A DNA stretch of 64,000 nucleotides, taken from the NCBI GenBank assembly GCA_947629655.1, contig CANREL010000005.1:24790-88789 (forward strand). Reading direction: 5' to 3'. The number at the start of each line of letters is the position of its first letter. Position 1 is the stretch's first letter. Source of the DNA: an uncultured Bacilli bacterium. GTDB lineage: Bacteria; Bacillota_I; Bacilli_A; RF39; UBA660. A model generated the notes under the pieces. It worked only from the letters and a program-made list of their open reading frames with translations. It ran no database searches and was not told the origin of the DNA. Shown piece after piece: positions 8,778 through 19,291 of this stretch. The translations under genes and the position numbers were made by a program.

Positions 8778-10005
8778 ACTCACTAGTGAAGAATTTGAAA
8801 ACTTTGCTAAAGATAATAAATATGTAACTTTTCATCAAAAAGAATCTTGGGGAAAATTAAAAGAAAACAATGGATGGAAATATCAATTAGTAGGATTTAA
8901 AGATGGAAAAAAAGTGACAGCGGCTACGCTTCTTCTATCCAAAGAGATTCCAATGGGACTTAAAATGTACTATGCTCCTCGCGGATTTTTAATCGATTTC
9001 AAGAATTATGAATTATTGGATGAATTCGTCAAAGAAATCAAGTCTTACATCAAAGACCAAGGGGGTACATTCTTGAAAATAGATCCATATGTGCCGCACT
9101 TAGAACGTGATGTTAATGGAGATATTGTTGAAGGTGGATATGACAATAGTGATTTAGTTGAACATTTGAAGAGTTTAGGTTTTATACATCACGGTTATAA
9201 TGTTGATAATGATAAAGAGTTACAACCACGTTGGATTTATGTTTTAAATCTTGAAGATATGAAGAATGAAGAAGAATTGATGATGCACATATCTAAACCG
9301 ACGCGTAAAAATATCAAAAAGACTTTAAAGATGGGATTGGAATTAGAAGAGATTGGGGTTGAAGGATTAGAAGAATATAAAAAGATAACAGAACATACAG
9401 GAGCTAGACGTGGATTTATTGATCGACCTCTATCATATTATCAAGAGATGTTTAAAGCTTTAGGAGATAACATCAAAATCATTCTTTGTTACTTAAATGT
9501 CGATAAGTCAATTGCACTATTACAAGAAGAGATTGATACGATCAATTCATTTAGTGATATAACTGATAAACGCAAAGAAGAGATTAAGAATCTTGAAAAG
9601 AGAATTGCTGATTTGAAAGAAGTTGAGAAAAAGCATGGAAAAAGAGTTACTTTAGCGGGTTCAATGTTCATCGCCTGTGAAAAAGAATTATTAAATTTAT
9701 ACGGTGGTGGATATGATGAATTCATGAAGTATGATGCGATGAGTGCGATTCAGTGGCATGCGATTAAATATGCTAAGGAACATGGCTTTAACGTCTATAA
9801 CTTCTATGGAATTGATGGTAATTTGAAAGAGAATAATTCAATGCATGGTGTCTATGAATTTAAAAAAGGATTCAATGGTAAAGTAGTCGAATTGATTGGA
9901 GAGTTTGATTTACCAATTAATAAATTGAAATATAAGTTGTACACAGTTGCTTTTTCAAGTTATAAAAAAGCTAAAAATACGATTAATAAGATTAAGAATA
10001 AGTAG
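8764..10005 (+). CDS. FemABX-family aminoacyltransferase (paralog 2)
   Basis: 413 aa paralog of the preceding gene (MYYAPRGF, coiled-coil insert, EFKKGFNG). It overlaps the upstream gene's end, consistent with an operon. Confidence 0.85.
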   Translation: MKIVKLTSEEFENFAKDNKYVTFHQKESWGKLKENNGWKYQLVGFKDGKKVTAATLLLSKEIPMGLKMYYAPRGFLIDFKNYELLDEFVKEIKSYIKDQGGTFLKIDPYVPHLERDVNGDIVEGGYDNSDLVEHLKSLGFIHHGYNVDNDKELQPRWIYVLNLEDMKNEEELMMHISKPTRKNIKKTLKMGLELEEIGVEGLEEYKKITEHTGARRGFIDRPLSYYQEMFKALGDNIKIILCYLNVDKSIALLQEEIDTINSFSDITDKRKEEIKNLEKRIADLKEVEKKHGKRVTLAGSMFIACEKELLNLYGGGYDEFMKYDAMSAIQWHAIKYAKEHGFNVYNFYGIDGNLKENNSMHGVYEFKKGFNGKVVELIGEFDLPINKLKYKLYTVAFSSYKKAKNTINKIKNK

Positions 10006-10056
10006 AAAACGATGAGTTTTCTCTTTTTTTTGCATATCATTTATTGAGGTGAATTT

Positions 10057-10788
10057 ATGAAGTTTATTGCGGATGGTGGCATCGTTACTAAAAATACTTT
10101 AACTTATACTAAAGGAGCAATATCACTAACTTTAAGTACTAGTTATATCGATGGAGTTTCCTTGGATGTCGCTTATACCATTGACGATGTGTTCATCATG
10201 TATGATCGTGATAGTCTCTTATTGACGACACAGGGAAAGGGATATTTTCAAACTAGTACTTATAATGATCTTTTACATTACAATATTGGAACTAAAGTTT
10301 TAAATGCACGAGTCGTAACTTTAAAAGAGACTTTAGAAGTTTATAAAAACAGTGATAAATTATTAATTTTAGGTCTCAGTTATCAAGGAGAGAAAACGGA
10401 ACAGTACACTTATCAAATACTTGAATTAATAAGTGAATATCCAAATATCAATATCTATTTAAAGAGTTCTGATAAACAAATATTAAACATCTTAAAAATA
10501 ACTCCCAATAAAGCTAGAATAGGCATCATTATCAATGAAGATAACCGCGAAGAAATGAATAATGACTATGACTTTTATGTCATAAATGATTATTGTATCA
10601 ACAAAGATTTAATCTTGAAAAAGATGAACGCTAATAAAGATATCATGACCGAATTAATTCAATATCCCAATGATTTGATCAATGCCTATTACACTTATGG
10701 TAAATATATATTATATCGATTATTCGTCATTGCTAAAGAACCTAATGCCATCTATAATACTTTTAAAGAAATACAACCACGAATATAA
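10057..10788 (+). CDS. hypothetical protein, possibly a degenerate glycerophosphodiester-phosphodiesterase-like (GDPD) fold
   Basis: The N-terminus IADGGIVTKNTL loosely matches the GDPD motif IAHRGxxxxxPENT. The catalytic His/Arg positions appear replaced (D/G). 243 aa, located between the fem genes. Confidence 0.35.
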   Translation: MKFIADGGIVTKNTLTYTKGAISLTLSTSYIDGVSLDVAYTIDDVFIMYDRDSLLLTTQGKGYFQTSTYNDLLHYNIGTKVLNARVVTLKETLEVYKNSDKLLILGLSYQGEKTEQYTYQILELISEYPNINIYLKSSDKQILNILKITPNKARIGIIINEDNREEMNNDYDFYVINDYCINKDLILKKMNANKDIMTELIQYPNDLINAYYTYGKYILYRLFVIAKEPNAIYNTFKEIQPRI

Positions 10789-10813
10789 AAAGTACAGATA
10801 TCTAAATCTGTAC

Positions 10814-12073
10814 TTATTTTTTTATCAAATGTCTTATCTTTTTACCAATATTATATATGTTATACATGAAGCCTGTCTTTATTTCAAATTGGCCGACTAA
10901 CTCAACGACATTACCATTGAATCCTTTTTTGAATTCATACATGCCATAATATTTGTCATTCTTATCAAAGCATCCCGTTATACCGTAGAAATCAACCCAT
11001 TCAAAGCCCATCTCATAAGCATCTTTGATGTGTTCATTATACATAGCATATTTAGGTGTAAAACTTTTATATTCTGAAAGCATTCCACTGTTTAAAGTTA
11101 GATATTCATTACCAGATTTTAGTGATAATAATGCTCCTATATCTTTACCATTAGGGTTCTCTTCTTTAAACTTTTTAGCTTTTTCTAATTCTTCACGATA
11201 CTTTTCTATCAACTTATCAGATGTCTCTTTTTGATTAGTAAGTTTACTTCCAACAATACTAGTCTTCATCTTTTCTTCAATCTTTTTATTATTTTCAAGT
11301 TCATTATCTAAAAGACTTTTAGTATCTTCAAGATAAGTATCAGGATCGAGATATGCGATATATATAGTCATTAAATCTTTCATGTGATGATACATCTTTT
11401 TATAATAATCGAGACTTCGCGTATGAAAGTCTTTTCTCTCACCAGTCGATTCAAAAATTTCGGCCATGGAATCAAGATCTTTAATATTACCTTTTCTAAC
11501 CTTTAATCCCTTCTTATAACAAGCATCGATATTTTTACGCGTACTCTTTGAAAATTTGGCTTTTTTCTCCTCATATGGCTCATCAAGTTTTAGACGATAT
11601 TCCCAACGCACTTGATAAGTTTCAACATATAAATTGAATCCGAAGTATTTATAACCGAGTTTTTTCAAATTATCCATGATCGTGTCATTACGATCTTTAT
11701 CATCATCTAATATCTCCCCTTCACTAGATCTGATGCGATAGATGACATTGGGATCAATCGTGATTCGAAATCCTTTGCGTTCTTGAACATATTTGATCAG
11801 TTCATCAGAGAAAAATTTTAACAATTCAAAATCGTCATAATCAACTAAGTACCCACGTGGAGCATAAAAAGTTTTATATCCAAAAATTGATTTCTCTTCG
11901 AGAATGATCGTTGCCGCTACAACTTTGTTTTTCTTTTTGACACCAACGATATGAGGTATATCTCCAAGTTCCCTTTTTAGATTGGCAAGTTCAATGGTTT
12001 GCATGAAAGAACTTTGAGGGTAATCTTTAATAAATTTTCTAAATTCTTCTTCAGTTAGAGTTGTAAATTTCAT
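10814..12073 (-). CDS. FemABX-family aminoacyltransferase (paralog 3)
   Basis: 419 aa with the same family motifs (FYAPRGY, coiled-coil insert, EFKKGFNG). Its start overlaps the stop of the upstream murJ-like gene. Confidence 0.85.
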   Translation of the reverse strand: MKFTTLTEEEFRKFIKDYPQSSFMQTIELANLKRELGDIPHIVGVKKKNKVVAATIILEEKSIFGYKTFYAPRGYLVDYDDFELLKFFSDELIKYVQERKGFRITIDPNVIYRIRSSEGEILDDDKDRNDTIMDNLKKLGYKYFGFNLYVETYQVRWEYRLKLDEPYEEKKAKFSKSTRKNIDACYKKGLKVRKGNIKDLDSMAEIFESTGERKDFHTRSLDYYKKMYHHMKDLMTIYIAYLDPDTYLEDTKSLLDNELENNKKIEEKMKTSIVGSKLTNQKETSDKLIEKYREELEKAKKFKEENPNGKDIGALLSLKSGNEYLTLNSGMLSEYKSFTPKYAMYNEHIKDAYEMGFEWVDFYGITGCFDKNDKYYGMYEFKKGFNGNVVELVGQFEIKTGFMYNIYNIGKKIRHLIKK

Positions 12074-13731
12074 TAGTTTCTTCCTCTCTTCTTCAATTTT
12101 TCTAGCATATTTAAAATTGTATCACGTCCAAATATTTTAAATATTGTTCCCCTTTTGATTGTTATTCCTAGATATATTATACCACCAATAACAGTATCCA
12201 TGATTATAATTAATATATTTATCAATCGATTAGTCGTCGTAATCGGCATTAATATTTTGATGAGTAATAATACAATACTCATGATTATGACCGCAAAAAC
12301 AACTTCTAATAGACGTTTTATCGTCTCTTCATAATCAACTCGATATTTTTTATTTAGGAATACTAAGCAGATTAGAGCACAAGCGAGATAACCGATGATG
12401 GTAGCAATTATCGAACCGTAGTAAGCTGGTAATCCCATTTTACTAAATCCATATAATAGAGGTATATTTAATCCAAGTTTAGCGATAAATCCTACTATTA
12501 AAGAGATGAAGACCATTTTATAATTTTTTAATACTTGAACAGTTGTAATACTTGTCGTGAAAAGAATAGTAGCGACTGCGACAAAGACATATAAAGCATA
12601 AACTTTAGGTCCATAGTCACTAGCACCATAGAAGACATTCCATACATTAGTTGATAAAATGCTCAAACCAACAGCCATGGGAATGGTCAAATAAATAATT
12701 ATTTGAAGAGCTTGATTAATTTTTTGACGGACACTGGATAGATCATTTTTGACCATACTACTAGTTATATTGGGAATAAAACTTATCATTATTCCTGTTG
12801 AAATAGAAATGATTATCTGGTTTATTTTAAGACCCCAAGTCGATATGACACCCATGACGGTTTCCGCACTATCTTTACTAAAGTTGAAAACATTGGTTAA
12901 AAATTGCACTAAAATGAAGACATCGATAGAATTGTATAACGATTTAAAGACATCAATCATGATGAAAGGAAAAGCATATCCTAGCAATTTATAGATGATT
13001 TCTTTATCAGTTACTTTAGGTTCTTTGACATTATCTTTTTTCTTTGCGAATACTTTTCTATTTTTAACTTTGACAATGCGCAAATATAGATATGAAAATA
13101 AAGCACCTACAGTTGCGGCAAAAACAGCTATACCAACTGTGTTCCTTAGGGATAAATTGAATATTTTCATACCGATAAAACTTCCAATAATTATCATTAA
13201 TACTCTTATGAGTTGTTCTAATACTTGGGATATGGAAGTCGGTTTGATGATATTATGTCCTTGAAAATAACCGCGATAAACACTCATAGTTGGAACAATT
13301 AAAATAGCAAAGGAAATAATTCTTATGACGAATTCAACATCCGCTACAGAGTTACCACCAGGGGTATCACCAATTATCATCTCGGCAAGAGGATGAGCAA
13401 AGATCATGAAGAGAACAAAGAAAATAAGACCCATGATACCTAGTAGTTTTTTTCCTAAATAGAAGGCTCTTTCTTTTATCTCTAAATAACCCAAAGTAGC
13501 ATATTCACTTATCAATTTGCTCATAGCTAGTGGAATACCAGCTGTGGAAAGTCCTAAAAAGATTGAATAAATACTATAGGCATAACCATATAAAGCTCCA
13601 CCTTGATCACCGATTATGGCGTAGAATGGAATGACGTAAAGCATGCCAATAATCTTGCATAAAACAATTCCAAAAGTTGCGATAAAAGCTCCCTGAAGGA
13701 AGCTATTCTTTTTCAAACTTCTCTTTTTCAT
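12073..13731 (-). CDS. murJ: MOP-superfamily lipid II flippase, YtgP/MurJ-type
   Basis: 552 aa polytopic membrane protein. Long blocks recalled from B. subtilis YtgP match (IGMLYVIPF...GGALYGY...LAMSKLISEY; VIRIISFAILIVPTMSVYRGYFQGH). The gene is co-operonic with a fem gene. Confidence 0.75.
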   Translation of the reverse strand: MKKRSLKKNSFLQGAFIATFGIVLCKIIGMLYVIPFYAIIGDQGGALYGYAYSIYSIFLGLSTAGIPLAMSKLISEYATLGYLEIKERAFYLGKKLLGIMGLIFFVLFMIFAHPLAEMIIGDTPGGNSVADVEFVIRIISFAILIVPTMSVYRGYFQGHNIIKPTSISQVLEQLIRVLMIIIGSFIGMKIFNLSLRNTVGIAVFAATVGALFSYLYLRIVKVKNRKVFAKKKDNVKEPKVTDKEIIYKLLGYAFPFIMIDVFKSLYNSIDVFILVQFLTNVFNFSKDSAETVMGVISTWGLKINQIIISISTGIMISFIPNITSSMVKNDLSSVRQKINQALQIIIYLTIPMAVGLSILSTNVWNVFYGASDYGPKVYALYVFVAVATILFTTSITTVQVLKNYKMVFISLIVGFIAKLGLNIPLLYGFSKMGLPAYYGSIIATIIGYLACALICLVFLNKKYRVDYEETIKRLLEVVFAVIIMSIVLLLIKILMPITTTNRLINILIIIMDTVIGGIIYLGITIKRGTIFKIFGRDTILNMLEKLKKRGRN

Positions 13732-13793
13732 ATCATCACATCTTTCAATTTAATGATACCACAATTGCATGAAGGAATAAAGTTTACTTTGTT

Positions 13794-13821
13794 CAAAAAA
13801 AGATACAACAATGTTGTATCT
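13794..13821 (-). terminator. rho-independent terminator closing the four-gene minus-strand operon
   Basis: Perfect 9-10 bp inverted repeat AGATACAACA/TGTTGTATCT, followed (minus-strand sense) by a T-run. Confidence 0.55.
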
Positions 13822-14710
13822 AATGTCTAGATTTTATCTTTTTAATCTTTTGAATATCAAATTCTTGTTGTAAATCGAGACTCTCAATGAGTGAAATGGT
13901 ATCATCATAGATATTATCACCTTTTATTCCCATTTCAGAAGGAAAGGATATGACTAAATCTTGTGATGAGACGTTGAAAAACTTTCTTATTTGTTTTACG
14001 TTAGCAGCTCGACCATAACCACTCATCCAATAACTGTTAGTAACAGGAGCACTTTCTAAAACGCGAAAGAAATTGCGACGTAAGAATTCTTTTCCTTTAA
14101 TTGGGAAATAACACTTTTGAACATCGAGAAACAAATCACCAGGCTTTTTTAAATTAAGTTCAATATTTACAATTTCATCATCACAACTAGATAGTTCAAA
14201 AGCTCTAAAATTTACTAAGTCGCCTTTCGCTTCAAAAGCTTGGACGATGTAGAGAGTTGCCAAACCACGATTCACTATTTCTGATGTTGACGTGTAAGCT
14301 GGATAACCTAAATTGAAATAAATGTTGCGAACTGTTGACTTATTATCGCGATCATACTTTAACATGCAATCGGGAACACCCATGGCAACTAGTGGAGCTA
14401 GGGGAATACCGCCATATAGTGATCGCACCAATTTACGATTATCAGATATCTCACGACTAGCCTGTTGTAATTCGTTATTTGCCTCTAAAAAGTTTTCAAA
14501 GCCCTCATTGTATCCATCAATGCAATAGGCAATGGCTTTTTCTAATGGTTCACCATAAAAATCATAGTCATCATTTAGACTGGCTTGCTTCATAAAAACA
14601 TCACGATTGACTTTGGGATTACTCTGTAAATAGTCATGAAGATCGGTCAAATTAGCAAATCTTATATTGTAGATGGTATTATCATTTCTCTTAAATATTT
14701 CTTGTCTCAT
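13820..14710 (-). CDS. hypothetical protein (operon gene 4 of 4)
   Basis: 296 aa with no recognisable motif. Its start is coupled to the upstream AAA gene (overlapping ATGA). Confidence 0.5.
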   Translation of the reverse strand: MRQEIFKRNDNTIYNIRFANLTDLHDYLQSNPKVNRDVFMKQASLNDDYDFYGEPLEKAIAYCIDGYNEGFENFLEANNELQQASREISDNRKLVRSLYGGIPLAPLVAMGVPDCMLKYDRDNKSTVRNIYFNLGYPAYTSTSEIVNRGLATLYIVQAFEAKGDLVNFRAFELSSCDDEIVNIELNLKKPGDLFLDVQKCYFPIKGKEFLRRNFFRVLESAPVTNSYWMSGYGRAANVKQIRKFFNVSSQDLVISFPSEMGIKGDNIYDDTISLIESLDLQQEFDIQKIKKIKSRH

Positions 14711-16887
14711 CAGTTATTTTCTTTCTTGGCAGCTAATGATTGATTGAATATCTTTAACAATTTTTTACCACCACTAGTAAATTCATCTTCATCATCTAAA
14801 TCACTCATTTTTTGAGCTATTTTACTCAAATAATCTTGATCTTTAGTCTCTACTATTTCATATGACATGATTTGAGAATTATCAAAGCACTTATCATCTA
14901 AATATATTCTGACAGTCTCAGCATCTCTAGTCGTAAAAGTACCCATGCTATTGACTTCTTCGCCACTATCACCAGGTATCTGTTCAATAGCCTTTCTAAA
15001 GTTAATGGCAAAGTTATACCAATCTGGATAATCTTTTAAAATGCGCATTTCGATGCGATTGTCATAATTAACTTCGATTGGCGTCATGCGTTGCATTACT
15101 GATTCATCCATTTTTTGACGAGTGTTATAAGCAAGTGTTCGACCATTTCCTTTGGTATTACCGGCTGCAATAATTCTGAAATTGGGATGCCTAGATATGT
15201 TTATACCATCTGGAAAAGTATAGCTCTTATTGTTATTACCCATGAAACGATTAAGAACGATAGTAGCATTAGCGATACCATTATCAAGTTCATCTAAAAA
15301 GATCATGTCGCCATATTTATAACATCTATAAAAATTGCTTGGAACGTAAGAACCCGTTGCACTATTGGTATAACCTATTATATCTTGTTCATATAGGACA
15401 TAACCATTGGTCAAAACATTCATGCCCAACAATTTAGCTATTTGTTCTTCAATCATGTATGTCTTACCACATCCAGATGGTCCATACATGTATGGCGGTT
15501 TTTGATTTTCAATTATAATTTTTAAGACGTCATCAAATTTCTCATGATAAATAGCACCATTTTCTTCAATGTCTTTTTGTTTTAATTCCATCAATCTAGC
15601 AAAACGTTCAGTAAAAGGAATACGACGATCAAAATAATAATTAACTTTTGCGTCTAAAACTCTTTCGTCGGCGGTTGGAATGATCACATTGGGAACTAAT
15701 ATCTGTTTAGAATTAGAAGCGATTGCTTCAGGGAGAATATCTGAAACAATTCCTGCTTCACTGGCTATTTTTTCAACTTGAGCTAGACGACTCAAAAACT
15801 CTTCATTAGTCTTAGCTTCACTCAAAATTTGACGAACGCCATCATTGTTTTCTACAAATTCTTTCAATTTCTTTAAAGACTCACTAGTAACGTTATTAAC
15901 ACGTCCCAATTCAATAGAAATTCTTTTACCAACGCCATCAGCAATACTTAACAATTCGGTCTTTTTCTTATCAACTTCGCGGTTTATCTCAGCCATCAAA
16001 GAATCTCTTTCATCAATTAATGATGAACGTTGTTGGGATAATAATTCCAAATAACTAGAATTAAAGTCTTTTAAAATCTTGTTAGCTTTTTTCTGCATAC
16101 TAGCCAATTCTTTTATTTTAGCTTGATTTATTTCCGTCTTACTATTAGATGCTTCTTGGCGCAATATCTCAATCTGTTTTTCAGCAGTTTGAATTAGCGT
16201 CTCTAAAACACTACTAGAATTTAAAATAATATCCAATTTACGATCCATCTCGGCTAGTGTCTCAAGATCGATATTATAGACACCATTAGCTTTTTTATCT
16301 TCGTCTAATCGCGCTTTTATTATTTTTTCGACTTCTGATTTATCACCATACTCCAATATTACTGGATCCATCTCTTTAGCTAAATTAATAGCGGAAGATA
16401 GTAGTGCTCTATCATCAACATAATATTGACGTGCCATTGAGACGTAATCAATCATTGCCGAAATATTATCGACATTATCAATATCTTTTAAATTCTCACT
16501 CTGTGTCAAAAATCTAAAGTATTCTAAAACGATTCTCTTATCATCAAAAGAACTAACTATTTTATTAAAGTTATTCTGATTGATGAATATCTTTGGTCGG
16601 TCTAGATACATATCAACCATCGTACGATAAATTCTTTTCTCTTCACTAGGGTTTCTATTTATGCATAATAGAGAAAACATATTAGTGATAAAATTCATAT
16701 GAATGGAAAAATCTATTCCTTGCTTAGCAAATTTCAACAGTATTTCTGATAGTAATTCATCATCTTTAAATTTATCAATATAAGGTTGAAAATCATATCT
16801 AGCCATATCATTTTTATATTCATAATCCATATAGCCGATATCTCTAACAGTTTTTTCAACACTCGTTTTGTTATCAAAAAATCCCAT
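14710..16887 (-). CDS. AAA_5-type (MoxR/CbbQ/NorQ-like) ATPase with ~450-aa coiled-coil N-terminal region
   Basis: Walker A GPSGCGKT, Walker B MIFLDELD, sensor-1-like FRIIAAGNT, and an arginine-finger region DESVMQRM. The N-terminal half is a long predicted coiled-coil. Confidence 0.7.
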   Translation of the reverse strand: MGFFDNKTSVEKTVRDIGYMDYEYKNDMARYDFQPYIDKFKDDELLSEILLKFAKQGIDFSIHMNFITNMFSLLCINRNPSEEKRIYRTMVDMYLDRPKIFINQNNFNKIVSSFDDKRIVLEYFRFLTQSENLKDIDNVDNISAMIDYVSMARQYYVDDRALLSSAINLAKEMDPVILEYGDKSEVEKIIKARLDEDKKANGVYNIDLETLAEMDRKLDIILNSSSVLETLIQTAEKQIEILRQEASNSKTEINQAKIKELASMQKKANKILKDFNSSYLELLSQQRSSLIDERDSLMAEINREVDKKKTELLSIADGVGKRISIELGRVNNVTSESLKKLKEFVENNDGVRQILSEAKTNEEFLSRLAQVEKIASEAGIVSDILPEAIASNSKQILVPNVIIPTADERVLDAKVNYYFDRRIPFTERFARLMELKQKDIEENGAIYHEKFDDVLKIIIENQKPPYMYGPSGCGKTYMIEEQIAKLLGMNVLTNGYVLYEQDIIGYTNSATGSYVPSNFYRCYKYGDMIFLDELDNGIANATIVLNRFMGNNNKSYTFPDGINISRHPNFRIIAAGNTKGNGRTLAYNTRQKMDESVMQRMTPIEVNYDNRIEMRILKDYPDWYNFAINFRKAIEQIPGDSGEEVNSMGTFTTRDAETVRIYLDDKCFDNSQIMSYEIVETKDQDYLSKIAQKMSDLDDEDEFTSGGKKLLKIFNQSLAAKKENN

Positions 16888-18116
16888 TACCTTGCTCCTT
16901 TTCTTTTAGATTTTATGTATTCTTTAACTACTTCTAGAGTAGGTACTTCACGATTGATATCAATTTTATTTTGAACGTTGAAAGGTTTAGTCAAGTCGAG
17001 CTCTTCATCAACTTCGTAAATGTGATAAGTAAAGTTTGTATTGTGCCCATCACTTTTCTTACGTTCCATCAATATACATTTTTTTGTCTCGATTTCCAAC
17101 ACTTTTAACGTTATTTCTTCACTTTCTTGATCTAGCGTAACATTTATTTGATTGTTATATTTGGTAAAACCATTTTTTAGGCGATGTCTTATTACGACTT
17201 TATCATTACTGATATCTACTTGACTACCAGTATTTGTATAGAGAATTTCTTCTTCACCTTCAGAAATTGTTTTCTCATCACTCAGCAAGAAAGATTTGTC
17301 ACTCGTCTTTAAAATGTTACTAGGCATTTCTATTTCACAAAAATCAAAATAGAATTTCAACAAATCGATATCTTCTTCCAATAATGTCTCTACAGTCTCA
17401 TCATAGAAAACAGAAACACCATTAGAGGTAATTTTGCGTTCCACAGCTTTATCTTGGGCATCATAAATGATCGATCCTTTTAGATCATCATTAGCGTCCG
17501 CCCAAGAAATATTTACTTTGCCACCATCACACTCTATTTTTCCATCAATGGGAACGTCGTCTATGACCTTGACTTTAAAAGAAATGCTTCCATCATCACC
17601 TTGAAACAATATTATGGGCAGTTGTTTTTTAACACTACCAATACTGTAGTCAACTACATATTTATGGTTAAAACCAGTTATTTGATCAATTTTTAACACT
17701 TCATATTTCTTAAATAGCATTATGATCATCTGCATTGTCTCTTTCAAATAATTCTCACAATTTTTTATTTCACGATCATTTGTGTTAAACGATGGAAGAC
17801 CACTTTCTTGTTTTCCTTTTACTCGCTCTTCATCCAAGACGGCAAAAGAAGCATCATTTACCAATTTCTTAGTCAAATCTCCTAATAAGATGATTTTCCT
17901 TCTACCTTTTTCACGTTTATAACGATCTAAAATTCTTTTAATAAACTTTTCAAAATGACGATTTTTATAATCTAGAGCCAAAACGCGATTTTTATCATAC
18001 ACAATTTTAGCACCGACATATTTATTAGTCTCATTCTTAAAAATACTGTCAGTTGAAAAGACGTATATCAAATCCAAATTCTTTATTTCGGAAATTTGAA
18101 CTTCAATCAAATCCAT
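16887..18116 (-). CDS. hypothetical protein (operon gene 2 of 4)
   Basis: 409 aa with no recognisable motif. Both ends overlap neighbouring genes by 1 nt (translational coupling). Confidence 0.5.
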   Translation of the reverse strand: MDLIEVQISEIKNLDLIYVFSTDSIFKNETNKYVGAKIVYDKNRVLALDYKNRHFEKFIKRILDRYKREKGRRKIILLGDLTKKLVNDASFAVLDEERVKGKQESGLPSFNTNDREIKNCENYLKETMQMIIMLFKKYEVLKIDQITGFNHKYVVDYSIGSVKKQLPIILFQGDDGSISFKVKVIDDVPIDGKIECDGGKVNISWADANDDLKGSIIYDAQDKAVERKITSNGVSVFYDETVETLLEEDIDLLKFYFDFCEIEMPSNILKTSDKSFLLSDEKTISEGEEEILYTNTGSQVDISNDKVVIRHRLKNGFTKYNNQINVTLDQESEEITLKVLEIETKKCILMERKKSDGHNTNFTYHIYEVDEELDLTKPFNVQNKIDINREVPTLEVVKEYIKSKRKGAR

Positions 18117-19291
18117 TATTTTTTACTACCAATTCGTTTTTGTGGTGGTCTTTTTGTTCCTCTGTTAGATGAGTCCTTTTTCAATAACTCGGCCATTACG
18201 CCATCATCATCAATCAATTGTAATAATTCAGTTTGATATGTCTCAAGAGAAGAATTTAAATCCAATAGAGTTTGACGATCTTTTTCGATTTGTTCTTGTC
18301 TTTTAGCACGTCCCTCTTTATAAATGGCAATTCCTTTTTTTAAGGAAGCATCTAAAACGGATAAAGTACTGGCACTGACACCTTTATTCAAACTCAATTC
18401 AACTGCCCCTTCAGCATTTTGTTCCAATTCTCTAGCATTGTTGACAATAGCCGTATTAGTGGCTTCGTTTAGACGAGCCATCGTCTTGATTCTATTCTCT
18501 TGTTGACGATTAAAGACCATTACACTACCTTGAGCTTTTAAAATTGGAGCACTATCTCTAAGATAAGAATCACTATTCATAACTAATTCCATATCTGTTC
18601 TCTGTTGCAATCTATAACTTTGAATTTGTTCTTTGTACAAAACTAACGCTTTTTCTAGTTCATTCAATTTACCATTAAATACTTCTGATAATTGCGTTTT
18701 ATATTGAATTTCATATTCTGTATCCATGTTAGGTGGCAATTCTTTCAATTTAGCAATGGTCTCATCATAAGTAGCTTTATCAATTTGACCAACTTTAATC
18801 ATTTCTTCTAACTGTTCAATTAATGGCATCAATTCTTTTATGATTGAATCACGCAATTGGATGTCATTTAGAGAACCTTGTTTTTGTGATTCAACAGCAA
18901 CACAAACTTCTTCAATTCCACGACAATACTCTTGATAACGTCCTTTGTATGTCGTCTCTTCTTCCTCTTCTTTTTTTCCAGTTATAGAACTCAATATTCC
19001 TTTAAATTTTTTTACGACAACAGGAAGTTTTTCCTCTTTCTCTTTCTTTCGTTCACTCTCATCCAAACTCTCATCGAATGATGTAATTGCGGAAATCATA
19101 TTTTCATCAACTTGAACTTCTTGACTATCGACAGCCATTTGAGCAGTCGTATCAAGTATTCGACCAATTTCATCTTTTACGTCTTCACAATAACTTAGTA
19201 TTGTAGCTGGTTGATCAAAATCAACTCTTTGAAATTTACAATCAACGATTTGACCATTCTCACCATAAACTACTAATTCTTTCTTTTCCAT
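18116..19291 (-). CDS. coiled-coil protein, possibly TelA/KlaA-like (toxic-anion-resistance family)
   Basis: 391 aa, predominantly coiled-coil, with size and composition like TelA/YceH. Assignment by resemblance only. Confidence 0.4.
   Translation of the reverse strand: MEKKELVVYGENGQIVDCKFQRVDFDQPATILSYCEDVKDEIGRILDTTAQMAVDSQEVQVDENMISAITSFDESLDESERKKEKEEKLPVVVKKFKGILSSITGKKEEEEETTYKGRYQEYCRGIEEVCVAVESQKQGSLNDIQLRDSIIKELMPLIEQLEEMIKVGQIDKATYDETIAKLKELPPNMDTEYEIQYKTQLSEVFNGKLNELEKALVLYKEQIQSYRLQQRTDMELVMNSDSYLRDSAPILKAQGSVMVFNRQQENRIKTMARLNEATNTAIVNNARELEQNAEGAVELSLNKGVSASTLSVLDASLKKGIAIYKEGRAKRQEQIEKDRQTLLDLNSSLETYQTELLQLIDDDGVMAELLKKDSSNRGTKRPPQKRIGSKK

Noticed and set aside
13820-14710. 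VWA (MIDAS) partner for the AAA_5 ATPase
   Set aside because: No DxSxS...T...D MIDAS motif is detectable in either flanking protein, so the canonical MoxR-VWA pairing is not supported from sequence alone.
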